From: Paraburkholderia sp.
GTDB taxonomy: Bacteria > Pseudomonadota > Gammaproteobacteria > Burkholderiales > Burkholderiaceae
DNA length: 64,000 nt
Direction: 5' to 3'
NCBI GenBank assembly: GCA_039593375.1
Contig: JBCNPL010000001.1
Span: 8,862-72,861, forward strand
Part shown: one piece after another, positions 10,123-20,500 of the stretch
Position numbering within the stretch: position 1 is the first letter of the stretch
How the letters are laid out: each line of letters starts with the position of its first letter
The notes under the pieces: model-generated
The model's input: the letters and a program-made list of their open reading frames with translations, nothing else
The model's database searches: none
Told to the model about the DNA's origin: nothing
Position numbers and translations under genes: made by a program

Positions 10123-11055
10123 TCATCCGGCCAGCACCACGAGTCCATCGGGCTCCTTGCCGGTTGCGAAAGCGTGAGACAGTGTCAGTGTCTCGAGATC
10201 GAGCCGGGCCACGCTGTTGTCGTTGAGCGGGATGTACGCAAGCGGCGCCTCGGGATGGAAGGCCAGCGCGATCGGCTTGTGCACCGTCGGGACTCGTTGC
10301 AGTTCCTGTAGCGTTTGCGCGTCATAGACGCCGATGCTGCGCTCGCCGTAGTTCGTCACGAACAAGCGGTTGTCGCGCGCCAGATAAATGCGCGTCGGGT
10401 CCTCGCCCGTCGGCACGGTCTTGAGGACTTCCATCGTCCGGGCGTCGAGCATCGAGAGCGTCGCCTCGTCTCGACTCGCCGCGTAAAGGATCGTCTCGTC
10501 GCGGCTCAGACAGCACCCTTCCGGACGTCCGCCGATACTGGCCGCCAACGGCTCTCGATCGGGCGCGTGCGGGTGGACGAGCGTGACCGTGTGCGACCGC
10601 AAATGCGTGATATAAGCTCTCTCGCCGTCTTTGCTCACGACGAACAAGTGGCTCTTCACACCCCCCGACGGAACGACGCGCGCAGGCGTCCTGCGCCGCG
10701 CCGGCTCATCGAAGACGAGCAACACGTTGTCCTGCTCGGAGAGCGCATAGACACGGTCGCGCCGATCGATCTGAATGCCGTGGATGCGCCCATGAGGCGC
10801 ACAATCGAGCGAGGCGACGTGCTCGCCGTTGGCCAGGTCGACGATGAAAACCTCGTGTCCGCCCACGCCCTCGTGAGCGAAGGTCTGCACGCCGTAGTGC
10901 CCCACGTAGGCAAACGCGCCGCGCGAATCGACGACGAATTCGTGCGGATAGGCGGGCAATTGCGCACGCAACGCCAGTTCGCCGGTATCGAGGTAATAGC
11001 CGCTGAAACTGTTGCTGAATTTCTCGACGAGAACGGCTTTGAGACGGGATGTCAT
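10123..11055 (-). CDS. WD40/YVTN-like beta-propeller without signal peptide, probable 2,3-diketo-L-gulonate mutase (DkgM-like)
   Basis: Start moved to ATG 11055 (AGGAAG SD); repeated propeller blades (PHEFVVD, PEGCCLS, PTRIYLA, PIALAFH, PDGLVV); function from context only. Confidence 0.7.
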   Translation of the reverse strand: MTSRLKAVLVEKFSNSFSGYYLDTGELALRAQLPAYPHEFVVDSRGAFAYVGHYGVQTFAHEGVGGHEVFIVDLANGEHVASLDCAPHGRIHGIQIDRRDRVYALSEQDNVLLVFDEPARRRTPARVVPSGGVKSHLFVVSKDGERAYITHLRSHTVTLVHPHAPDREPLAASIGGRPEGCCLSRDETILYAASRDEATLSMLDARTMEVLKTVPTGEDPTRIYLARDNRLFVTNYGERSIGVYDAQTLQELQRVPTVHKPIALAFHPEAPLAYIPLNDNSVARLDLETLTLSHAFATGKEPDGLVVLAG

Positions 11056-11095
11056 GGCTCTTCCTGATTGAAATCGGGCGAAGGACACGCGGACG

Positions 11096-12025
11096 CTAGC
11101 GTGCCCAGCGCAGCACGAGCGGGTCGAGGCGGCGAGCGGTATCGAGCAGTCCGGCGCGCACCTCCGGCGACAGCACCGGCATTGGATGTCGCGGGGCATC
11201 GCAGGCGATCACACCGCCCTCTTTCATCAGCGCCTTCGCGCTCAAGATGCCGCTCTGCCGGTTCTCGTAGTTGATCAGCGGCAGCCAGCGCTGATACCGC
11301 GCGAACGCTTGTTCGCGGTCTCCTGACCGGTGCGCTTCGATGATCGGACGAATGCCGTCCGCGTAGGCACCGCCTGTCATCGAGCCAGTGGCGCCCGCGT
11401 CGAGATCGGGAAGCAGCGTGATGCCCTCCTCGCCGTCCCACGGCCCTTCCACCGCCGCGCCGCCCAGGCGGATCAGTTCACGCAGCTTCGTGGCCGCTCC
11501 TGCCGTTTCGATCTTGAAGTACGCGACATGCTCGATCTCGCGGGCCATGCGAGCAAGGAACGCGGCGGACATCGGGGTGCCGGCGGCCGGTGCGTCCTGA
11601 ATCATGATCGGAATGTCGACCGCGTCCGAGAGGGCCGCAAAAAACTCGTAGATCCCCGGCTCGGGCACGCGAAAGGTCGCCCCGTGATACGGCGGCATCA
11701 CCATCAGCATCGCGGCGCCCAGTTCCTGCGCGCGGCGGCTACGCGCGGCGCAAACGACCGAGCTGTAGTGCGTCGTCGTCACGATGACGGGAACGCGCCC
11801 AGCCACGTGCTCGAGAACGGTTCGCGTGAGCAAATCGCGCTCGTCGTCCGACAATGCGAACTGCTCGGAGAAGTTCGCGAGAATGCAAATGCCGTCTACG
11901 CCGGAATCGATCATGAAGTCGATGCAGCGCTTCTGGCTGTCGAGATCCAACTCACCCGACGGGTGGAACGTGGTGGGCGCGACAGGGAAGATTCCCTGAA
12001 AGCGCCGGTTCGTGCGAGAGGTCAT
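11096..12025 (-). CDS. DHDPS/NAL-family L-2-keto-3-deoxyarabonate dehydratase (Azospirillum AraD-like)
   Basis: ILANFSEQF, MPPYHGATFRVPE, YFKIET (Schiff-base Lys), GPWDGEE, C-terminal LDPLVLRWA. Confidence 0.88.
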   Translation of the reverse strand: MTSRTNRRFQGIFPVAPTTFHPSGELDLDSQKRCIDFMIDSGVDGICILANFSEQFALSDDERDLLTRTVLEHVAGRVPVIVTTTHYSSVVCAARSRRAQELGAAMLMVMPPYHGATFRVPEPGIYEFFAALSDAVDIPIMIQDAPAAGTPMSAAFLARMAREIEHVAYFKIETAGAATKLRELIRLGGAAVEGPWDGEEGITLLPDLDAGATGSMTGGAYADGIRPIIEAHRSGDREQAFARYQRWLPLINYENRQSGILSAKALMKEGGVIACDAPRHPMPVLSPEVRAGLLDTARRLDPLVLRWAR

Positions 12026-12105
12026 GGGCTAACGTCGGAATGAAATGTCAGCGATGACCATCCTCTGCGCCCAAAGCGCGCCGTCCGGTCAAGGCCGATG
12101 GTTGA

Positions 12106-13152
12106 TCAAGCGGTCGTGCGCGTGGCGGCGCGATATGACGCGCCCATTCGGCATGCGATCTCGAAGGCCTGCCAGGTCGCTTCGACATTGGCTTTGCCGA
12201 GGCCTGAGATGTCATAGGCCGTGCCGTGAGCCGGCGTCGTGATCGGGATCGGCAAGCCACCTTGCACCGTCACGCCGCGAGAGAAACCCATCAGCTTGAT
12301 CGCGATTTGGCCTTGATCGTGGTACATGGTGACGATCGCCTGATATTCGCCGGCCTGCGCCTTCAGAAAAATCGTGTCGGCGGGGAATGGCCCGTGGAAC
12401 GGCGACTCGGTCGGCCACTCACGGGCCTGCAGCGCACGGACCGCCGGCTCTATGATGTCGATCTCCTCTCGGCCGCACGTTCCACCATCGCCGCCGTGCG
12501 GATTGAACGCCGCCACGGCGATCTTCGGGGCTGCGACGCCGTTGGCGAGCAGCGAACGATAGATGAGTTCCGCGGCCTGCTCGATGCGCTCCACGCTCAG
12601 ATAGCTCGCTGCGTCCTTCAGCGGGATGTGCGAGGAGATGCGCGAGGTCCACAGCGTGCCGAGCGTGTTGAACTCGCAGAAATAGCCGGTTACGCCGAGG
12701 TAATCTGCGAAGTGATGCAGTTCGTCCTCATGGCGCAAGCCGCCGAGCTTCATCGCCTGCTTGTTCAGAGGTGCGAAACAAATTGCATCGATTTCGCCGT
12801 CGAGCGTCGCGTCCATGCAGAGGTTCAGGATCCGCAGGACCGATCGGCCGCCGGGCGCCTCGGCGCGGCTCCGGTGAACATCGGCCGCGGTCACGCTATC
12901 GATTGCGAGAAACGCGGGGCGCGACGTATCGGGGCGGCTTCGGACTTCGCCGAATGAAGTCACATCGACCATGTCGACGACCGTGCCGGCCACGCGCTGA
13001 CCGTCTTCCCACAGCCAGCGGTCGCCGACGACGACGATATTCGCGCGCTCCGTGGCGGCCGGCTTGGCGAGCAGCTTCGCGATGAGCTCAGGACCAATCC
13101 CAGCGGGATCGCCCAACGTAAGTGCGACAACGGGTTGGGGTGAGGAGGTCAT
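12106..13152 (-). CDS. PdxA-family protein, probable 2-carboxy-L-lyxonate decarboxylase (ClxD-like)
   Basis: GDPAGIGPE, APLNK, NPHGG, PADTIF, MYHDQG, HGTAYDI; outside the surA-pdxA-ksgA context. Confidence 0.8.
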   Translation of the reverse strand: MTSSPQPVVALTLGDPAGIGPELIAKLLAKPAATERANIVVVGDRWLWEDGQRVAGTVVDMVDVTSFGEVRSRPDTSRPAFLAIDSVTAADVHRSRAEAPGGRSVLRILNLCMDATLDGEIDAICFAPLNKQAMKLGGLRHEDELHHFADYLGVTGYFCEFNTLGTLWTSRISSHIPLKDAASYLSVERIEQAAELIYRSLLANGVAAPKIAVAAFNPHGGDGGTCGREEIDIIEPAVRALQAREWPTESPFHGPFPADTIFLKAQAGEYQAIVTMYHDQGQIAIKLMGFSRGVTVQGGLPIPITTPAHGTAYDISGLGKANVEATWQAFEIACRMGASYRAATRTTA

Positions 13153-13230
13153 GGTGTGTCTCCGACTCGTTCTTGTGGCCTCGGAAGCGGCTTCCGATTG
13201 ACGCTATGGTAGAGGGGGGACCGATAACCG

Positions 13231-13260
13231 ACTAGTGAAATAATTTGAACCAGCGATAAC
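13231..13260 (-). promoter_or_regulatory. Putative LysR operator/promoter box 3 (upstream of the pdxA-like operon)
   Basis: Minus strand GTTATCG-CTGGTTCAAATTATT-TCACTAGT, followed by a second GGTTATCG. Confidence 0.55.
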
Positions 13261-13385
13261 CTGGGGTGATGCGGCGGCCTGCAAGCCAGGCAGCGCCGTA
13301 AACCGAGCCGGCTGCGCGTCGCCACAAGGCGTTTGCCGAACTACCGTCGTCGAAAAAGCAGGATGCCGCGATCGCATTCGTGTGA

Positions 13386-14636
13386 TCAGACGGTCTCGCC
13401 ACGAATCGGCGGCGAATCCGTGACAACGGAGGGCGCCGAACGACCAGCGGCGCGGTTCGTCTTGCGGCGGGCCTTGTGCAGCGCTCTCGATTTGCCGAGG
13501 AGTCGAGCCAATGACGCATCCGCGTCCGGATCGGCCGTGCCGTTTCGCGAAGCAGGTTTGCGCGCCGCCTGGCGTGCCAATTTTGCCGCGCGCTTGTCCG
13601 CCTGCTCCAGTAGCAGGCAAAGCTCCGCCTCGTGAAGGCGCAAGCCTCTCCGCGCGCATGCCGCATCGAGCGACGCCAACTCCCCCGCCTCGAACGCGGC
13701 GACCACCGCAGGGTGGAGATAACACCGGCGGCATACCGCGGGCGTATTGCGGAGAAGCGTCGCCACTTCCTTGACCGTCTCGACGAGGTGACGGTGCGCC
13801 TGCGCGGCGCTCGACGAGCTCAGACTGCGCAGCGACGCCAGCGCGTAGACGCTCCCCGCCCAGGTGCGATAGTCCTTCGCCGTGAAGTCGGCCCCGCTGG
13901 CCTCGCGCAAATAATCGTTGACGTCGGCCGAGCCGACAGAGTGGCGCGCGCCCGTTTCGTCGAGGTACTGGAACAGGTCGTGACCGGGCAGTTCGGCGCA
14001 ACGGCGGACGATTCGCTTCACGCGCATATCGTCGATCGGAACGTCATGCTCGATGCCGCTTTTTCCGCGAAAGCGGAAGCGCACTTGCCCGGGCCCCACT
14101 TTCACGTGCTTCTTGCGCAACGTCGTCAAGCCATAGGATCCGTTTTCGCGCGCGTATTCCTCGCTGCCCACGCGAATGAGGGTGGCGTCGAGCAGCTTGA
14201 CGATCGCAGCCACCACTTTCCGGCGCGGCATACCAGGGCGTTTCAGGTCGCGTGCGACGCGCGCGCGAATGCGCGGCAACGCCCGGCCGAATGCCGCCAT
14301 GCGCTGGTACTTGTTCGCGTCGCGCACCTCGCGCCAAAGCGGGTGATAGCGGTACTGCTTGCGCCCGCGCGCATCGCGGCCGGTCGCCTGCAAGTGGCCC
14401 CGCGCATCGGGGCAAATCCACACATCCGTGTATGCCGGCGGAATTGCCAATGCATTGATGCGCCGGATTTCGTCCGGGTCCCTGATCCGTTTACCTCGAA
14501 CATCGAAGTAGGCGAAGCCGCCGTCCATGGCTTTGCGTGTGAAGCCGGGCTGCCTGTCGTCGCTATGGCGCAGGCCTGGCGGCATCTCGTCGGCCGGCGT
14601 CGGGGCGCTGCTGCTGGTGGGACTGCGCGAGTTCAT
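13386..14636 (-). CDS. Bacterial DNA topoisomerase IB
   Basis: LAIPPAYTDVWIC, GRDARGRKQYRYH, IRVG, FRGKSG, KDYRTW, LRNTPAVCRRCY; start uncertain (14636 or 14585). Confidence 0.92.
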   Translation of the reverse strand: MNSRSPTSSSAPTPADEMPPGLRHSDDRQPGFTRKAMDGGFAYFDVRGKRIRDPDEIRRINALAIPPAYTDVWICPDARGHLQATGRDARGRKQYRYHPLWREVRDANKYQRMAAFGRALPRIRARVARDLKRPGMPRRKVVAAIVKLLDATLIRVGSEEYARENGSYGLTTLRKKHVKVGPGQVRFRFRGKSGIEHDVPIDDMRVKRIVRRCAELPGHDLFQYLDETGARHSVGSADVNDYLREASGADFTAKDYRTWAGSVYALASLRSLSSSSAAQAHRHLVETVKEVATLLRNTPAVCRRCYLHPAVVAAFEAGELASLDAACARRGLRLHEAELCLLLEQADKRAAKLARQAARKPASRNGTADPDADASLARLLGKSRALHKARRKTNRAAGRSAPSVVTDSPPIRGETV

Positions 14637-14788
14637 GGCATGCGTCGAATCGGACGTGAGTAGGTCGGTCAGGGCTCGACCGATCTGTGCAACGTGCATG
14701 CCAGCCTGCAATGACTGGACGAGGATGCGCTGCGAACCCGGCGGCGCGACTGCCGGGTGACGGACGCACTACCTCATAGCGCCGTGCT

Positions 14789-16597
14789 CTACGTCTCGGC
14801 TGCGGAATGTGCTTGCACGAGATCGGCGCGCAGTTCGCCCAACGGTGCCGACCAGTCCCGATAGTCGCGCTGGCGATAGAGCCTTACCGTCGGATACCAC
14901 GGACTGTCCCGGCGCTCCGTCATCCACACCCAATGCGGATTGATGTCGAGCAGCAGCCACGTCGGACGGCCCAATGCAGCCGCCAGGTGCGCGACAGACG
15001 TGCAGACGGTAATCACGAGATCGAGATTGCAAATGAGTGCCGCCGTGTCGTCGAAACTCCGCAACTCGCTTGTTTGGTCGATGACATCCAATCCCGCGCT
15101 CGCCATCCGCACCACATCCTGCCCCGCTCCCACCTGCAGACTATGGAACTCGATCCCGGACAATCCCGAGAGCGTCTTGGCATAAAGCTCCGGGGCGACC
15201 GCGCGAAGCGGATTGCGCTGATGGGTATGGCTGCCGGTCCAGACGAGCCCGACTTTCAACTTATTGCGCGCCGATATTCGATCGCGCCAGTGCGCGACGC
15301 TCGCCGCATCGGCCGAGAGATAAGAGACCGGCGCAGGAAGCGACTCCAGCGTAATGCCAAGCGCGAGCGGCAAGCTCGCAAGCGGAATTTGATAGTCGAA
15401 GGCAGGGAGCTGCGTCAGGTCGCTACGCAAGACGGTGACGCCAAGGCCGGCCAGGCTCCGCTCGAAGAGCGCGAAGAGCGGTGGGAAGCAGCAACAGATG
15501 ACGCTTCCCCCTGCGTCGCGCACTTGCTTCACGAGCAACGGCAAGAAACGAATGAACTGGATGGCGTCCCCATGGCCCTGCTCTCCCCACACGAGCAGCG
15601 TCTTGCCCGACAACGCCTCGCCACGCCAACGCCGCTCCGGACAAAACGAGGGCGAACCGCTCAGCTCCGGCGAACCGTGCCAGCGCGCCTCGAAGTTGAT
15701 CCAGCCGTTCTGGAAGTCACCGCGCATCAGCTGCAGCATCGCCACCGAGAACTGAATTTTCGGATCGGCGCCGGAGACGGTCGCAGCCCGAACGATGGAC
15801 TCGAATGCCTCGTCCCACGCCTGCGATTCCCTCGCCGCGTTGCTCAGCGCGAGCTGAGCCAGCCCGTAGGCGGGTGCGAGCGTGGCGGCCCGCCGTGCGG
15901 CGAGCAGGGCCTTCGCCGGCTCGCGCAATCGAAGCCACGTATTGGCGAGATTCGTCCAAGCGAGATGGTGCGCCGGCTCGGCTCGGACGGCCTCCGCGCC
16001 AACGCTCAGCGCGGCCTCGAATTCCTCCCGGTTGTAATGCAGCGCGGCGAGGTTGTTGCGAAGCATCGGGAAATCCGGGTCGATCGCCATCACGCGTCGA
16101 TATGCGTCGAGCGATGCGTCGTACGCGCCTGCCTGCTGGTGCAAGAGGCCCAGCATGAACCAGGCATCCGCCGCTTCAGGCGCGGCTTCGCTCCACAACT
16201 TCGCGACCGCGATGCCGATGTCCGATCGCTGCATCTGATGGGCGACTGCGGCCCATTCTCCCAGCCAGTCCTTGGCGTCCGGCATCACGCGATGAGCGCG
16301 GTGGAACCAGTCGAGCGCGCGGTCCAGCTCGCCGATCTGGGCCGAAAGACGTGCCGCTTCGACGCAGGCCGGGCCGTATTCCGGTGCCGCCGCGAACGCT
16401 CGATCGAGCCAGAGCTGCGCTTCCTGATAGCGTCCGCAGAGCCGCAGCAATTGAGCTTGCGCGGTCGCGGCGTCGAGGTCCTCCGGCTCAACTGCCAACC
16501 AATCGGCAATATGCTCCGATGCTTCGATCAGTTCGCCCGCCGCCAAAAGCTGCTGGACCTTCGGCCACCGTGTACTTGTATCGATCATTGCAGACAT
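14789..16597 (-). CDS. TPR-repeat + GT-B (GT9-like) glycosyltransferase
   Basis: N-terminal TPRs (AWFMLG, LRNNLA, AWTNLA); C-terminal EQGHGDAIQFIRF, VGLVWTG, DTAALI.NLDLVITVCTSVAHLAAALG, SPWYP; no signal peptide. Confidence 0.88.
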   Translation of the reverse strand: MSAMIDTSTRWPKVQQLLAAGELIEASEHIADWLAVEPEDLDAATAQAQLLRLCGRYQEAQLWLDRAFAAAPEYGPACVEAARLSAQIGELDRALDWFHRAHRVMPDAKDWLGEWAAVAHQMQRSDIGIAVAKLWSEAAPEAADAWFMLGLLHQQAGAYDASLDAYRRVMAIDPDFPMLRNNLAALHYNREEFEAALSVGAEAVRAEPAHHLAWTNLANTWLRLREPAKALLAARRAATLAPAYGLAQLALSNAARESQAWDEAFESIVRAATVSGADPKIQFSVAMLQLMRGDFQNGWINFEARWHGSPELSGSPSFCPERRWRGEALSGKTLLVWGEQGHGDAIQFIRFLPLLVKQVRDAGGSVICCCFPPLFALFERSLAGLGVTVLRSDLTQLPAFDYQIPLASLPLALGITLESLPAPVSYLSADAASVAHWRDRISARNKLKVGLVWTGSHTHQRNPLRAVAPELYAKTLSGLSGIEFHSLQVGAGQDVVRMASAGLDVIDQTSELRSFDDTAALICNLDLVITVCTSVAHLAAALGRPTWLLLDINPHWVWMTERRDSPWYPTVRLYRQRDYRDWSAPLGELRADLVQAHSAAET

Positions 16598-16768
16598 TTC
16601 GCCGCGCTGCCGTGAAGGTGCCCCGTCGTGAATTCACCATGCATGGGATCACCTGCCGAATGGCTCATTGCGCTCATTTCTAATCGACGCGCGCCTTTCA
16701 TTACCCCTTCTCCACTTTTTACCGCAATACATCGTTTCGCGATTTTGCCAATATGTTGGCGCCATAGC

Positions 16769-16791
16769 AAAAAAAGCCGGACGAACCGGCT
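16769..16791 (-). terminator. Rho-independent terminator after adhesin-lipoprotein genes
   Basis: Minus strand AGCCGG-TTCGT-CCGGC followed by 7 T. Confidence 0.75.
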
Positions 16792-16977
16792 AAAAGGGTT
16801 CCCTCGCCGAGGCACGAGGAAACCTGGGGGAACAGGGATGCGCGCTGTCGTGACATGCTCGCCGACTGCCGACACCATCGTCGCACGGCGCAAGCGCGCA
16901 GTTCGACGATGTTCCCCCATGCTCGGCGTCAGTCTTCACGCATCTCTCGGCTCGAATGTTCAAGCCGACTTCCAACG

Positions 16978-17418
16978 CTACTGCACGGGCGTGGCCTGCG
17001 CGGGCTCGGGTGCCGCCGCGCTTGCGTCGGCCGCGACCTTGGCAGGCGCGAACCGTTCGCACTCCTGATCTTTCCACCGTGTCCGGCTCACTCGTCGGTC
17101 CTTGTCGAACTGAATCTGATATTCGCATGTGACCGTCTGCTCTCCGGTACGGAAATGGAACAGATAGTTCCAGACGCGCACGTTGAAGACGCTCTCATGA
17201 AAATGTGGCGGCCCGATCAATTCGTAGAGCTGATTCTTGGTCATGCCGAGGTCGACCATTCGCAGATTGTCGAGATTCGGAAAGACGCCGTCGGGTGTCG
17301 AGGCCTGATCCGTCTTCGGGAACGAAGTATCGGTCGTCGGGCCGACGCACGCGGCAAGACCGAACAGGCACGAGAGCGTCGCGAGGAGCTGGATCGCTGA
17401 TAAAGATTTCTTGTTCAT
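16978..17418 (-). CDS. SmpA/OmlA (BamE-like) domain lipoprotein
   Basis: Start moved to ATG 17418; lipobox LAAC; GMTKNQLYELIGPPHFHE, WNYLFHF, CEYQIQFD. Confidence 0.85.
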   Translation of the reverse strand: MNKKSLSAIQLLATLSCLFGLAACVGPTTDTSFPKTDQASTPDGVFPNLDNLRMVDLGMTKNQLYELIGPPHFHESVFNVRVWNYLFHFRTGEQTVTCEYQIQFDKDRRVSRTRWKDQECERFAPAKVAADASAAAPEPAQATPVQ

Positions 17419-17524
17419 GATCGATAGGAATCCGAAATGAATCACGTTGCGGTGTGCGGGGTAATGGAAGCGCCAATGCTCATACCGCCTCCCCCTCCCC
17501 GCGTCTGGCGACAAGACAGCTCGC

Positions 17525-20500
17525 TCACCATTGATACCCTGCGCCGACCACCGCGCCGTAGGTACCGCGCGTATTCGTCGACACGGCCGCCTTGTAGATC
17601 CAGTGGTTGTTCTCCGAGATCGTCGAGACGCCGAGCGCCTGCCCCGACTGGCCGCGATAGACACTGCCCGCGATGGCGACCATGCTCTTGCCCGGCCCCG
17701 TCGGCTGCGGCAAGCCGGCGACAGCCATTGCGGTCGCGACTCCGCCGTCGGCGTCGCGCCGGTACGAGTCGAGGCTGTTGCGCAGTCCCGCGATCTGGTT
17801 GTCGGTGTAGCTGTTCGCCTGCGAAAGCGCGTTGCTCAGCTGCTGGACGTTGACCGCGTCGTTCGGCGCGGTACCGGCCGCGACGTTGATGACTTGCCGC
17901 GTCGAAGTGCTGGAGCCCACGGCCACGACGTCCGACCGACCGCCGTCGTTACTGCCGGCGCCAATCGCGGTCGAGCTGTTGCCGGTGGCGGTGGCCCCCA
18001 TACCCACCGCTGTGGTGCCGCTCCCGGACGCCTGTGAATTGTTGCCGACGGCCGTGCTGCTCGACCCGGAGGCAACCGCGCCCGAGCCGCCCGCGGACGA
18101 GTTCGGGCCCGTCGGCGTCGCGGCGGTCGTACCGCTGCTGCCGCCGCTCGGCGAAGTCGACGAGAAGCTACCGCCGTTGTTGATCAGCGTCGTCAACTGT
18201 TGCTGCACCGCCTGCAACTGCGAAACGTTGACCGCATCGGTGGCCGCTTTACCGGGTGCGAGGCCCGTGATCTGGCGGAATCCGACGTTGACTTCGCCCA
18301 CCGACGAAGTGGGGCTGCTGAGCCCGTACCCGATGTAATTGGAGAGCGCCCCGATCGTCGTCAAGGAACCGGCGCCCAATGCGACGCTGTTGGCGAAGGT
18401 CGCACTGGACCCGGCCCCCAGCGCGACCGCATCGACCGCGCCACTGTTGGCGGCGGAGCCGATCGCGATACCGCCGGCAAACCCCGCATTCGAGTTTGCG
18501 CCTTGCGCGATCGATTCCGCACCGTTCGCCGTGGACTTGCTGCCTAGGGCAATCGCATCCGCCTGGCCCGAAGTCGCGGCTTCACCGATCGCCACACCGC
18601 CAGGCGCAAACTGCCCGACAATAGCCCCGTTGCCCATGCCAACGCCGTTGTCGCCGTTGACAACCGTCGTCGGTCCGACGGCGATCGACTGGGAGCCCAC
18701 CGCCAGCGAGTCGGCCGCCGTCGAATTGGCATGGAAGTACTGTATCGGCGTGACCGCGAACGATTGAAGCGCGCCGGAAAGCTGCTCGATCGTCACCGCA
18801 TCGTGCTGGCCCGTGCCATCGGCGACGTTGATCAACTGTCGATAGTTTCCGGCACTCCCGAACGATACCCCGCCGAGCAAGGTTCCGGACGGGTTGTTGA
18901 CGGGGATCGAATAGCTCCCTGCCGCAATCGGCGTGGTCGAAGGCGCGACCACGCGATCCGAGATGGAGCCCGAACCAATCGCAACGCCACCTGCGATCGA
19001 AACGGTCGACAGCGCGCCAAGCGCGAGCGCGTTGGCGATTTGCGCCTGAGCACCGTTGCCCGCCGCGAGACTGTCGTTTCCGGTCGCGACCGCGAGCGGG
19101 CCGATCGCAACGCTGTCGGTGCCGATCGCCTGACTGTCGGCCGCGGTCGAATTCGCGTGGAAGTACTTGATGCCCGCGCCATTCTGGATATTGCTGACCG
19201 TGGTCGAAAGGTTGGATACGTTCTGATTCGTCGTGTAAAGCTGCGAGCCGTTGACCGCATCGGTGCTCGTGGGGCTCAACGCGCCAGGCGCGACGTTTGT
19301 GATGACGTTCGGCCCGGTGCCGCCGTGATCGGCGCTGTAGGCACCGGTCCCACCGTTGGCCGTCGGATCCCACTGCAGCGAATTGTTCTGCGTTTGCGTC
19401 ACTTGCGATTCGACCGATTGCAACTGACTGACGTTGACGGCATCGGTCGGCGCCGCACCTGCCGCGACGTTCGTGATGCGTCGTTCCGCGCCCGACGACC
19501 CGACGGACACCTCGCCGACCGGCGCCGTGCCCGATAGCGTGCCGGTGCCAGGGTTGTACGCCGCGAGACCGAGATTGGCCGTCGTCGTCGCATTCGGTCC
19601 GAGCGCGACCGAGTTCGCAGCCGTCGCCTTCGCGTTGCTGCCAATGGCGACCGCACTCGTGTTGCTCGACGTCGCGCCGGAACCGAGCGCGACCCCGCTC
19701 GCACTGGAAGCCGTTGCATTCGGCCCGGCGGCGATCGCATTCACCCCCGACGCACCGTTGTTCGCGTAGTTGCCTTGCTGCGTGCCGTTGTCGTTGACGC
19801 TGTAGTAATGCGTCGCGCTGGCAGCTACGGTCGAATCGAGCTGGGAGACATTGACGGCATCGGACGGCGCCGTTCCGGCGGCGACGTTGTGGATTTGCGT
19901 CGCCGAGCCGCCCGGGTCGAGCGTGAGGCTGTTGTAATTGACGGTGCCACCTGACGTATCGTATTTGACGGCACCGCTGTTGAGCGCGGTGAGGGCTTGA
20001 TTCGTCGCCCAAAGCTGCGAGCCGTTGATTGCGTCGGTGCTCGACTGGGCGATTCGTCCAGCCGCCACGTTCGTGATCTGCCGCTCCCCGTTCAGTGTTC
20101 CCACGCTAACGACGCTCGCCGGGTTCGTGCCCGAGAACGTATAGGTTGTGCCGTTGATCGACACGGTACCCGTGGGGTTTGGGGCGGCGGTGACCGAGCC
20201 CGAGCCCAGTGCGACGTCGTTCACATTGGCCGCCGTTGCCAGCGACCCTAGCGCGATGGCGCCCGCGGCCGCGGCGGTCGACGTGTTGCCGAGCGCCAGC
20301 GACCCCAGCCCTTGAGCATTGTTGCCGTTGCCGATGGCCACCGCGCCGTTGCCGTTCGCCGTGTTGTTGGAGCCCATCGCGACAGCACCTGTGCCCGTCG
20401 CACTATTTGGATCGCCGATCGCCACCGCACCATTGCCGCTTGCGGTTTGCGCTTCGCCCAGGGCCACGGCGCCGGTGCCGCTCACCACTTGCGAATTATG

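Noticed and set aside
12106-13152. Vitamin B6 biosynthetic pdxA
   Set aside because: Context is sugar-acid catabolism, not surA-pdxA-ksgA
13386-14636. Tyrosine recombinase/integrase marking a mobile element
   Set aside because: Motifs are those of TopIB; no att sites, tRNA or mobility genes were seen
16720-16770. Sigma-54 promoter upstream of the TPR-GT (TGGC words)
   Set aside because: No TTGC at the required -12 spacing
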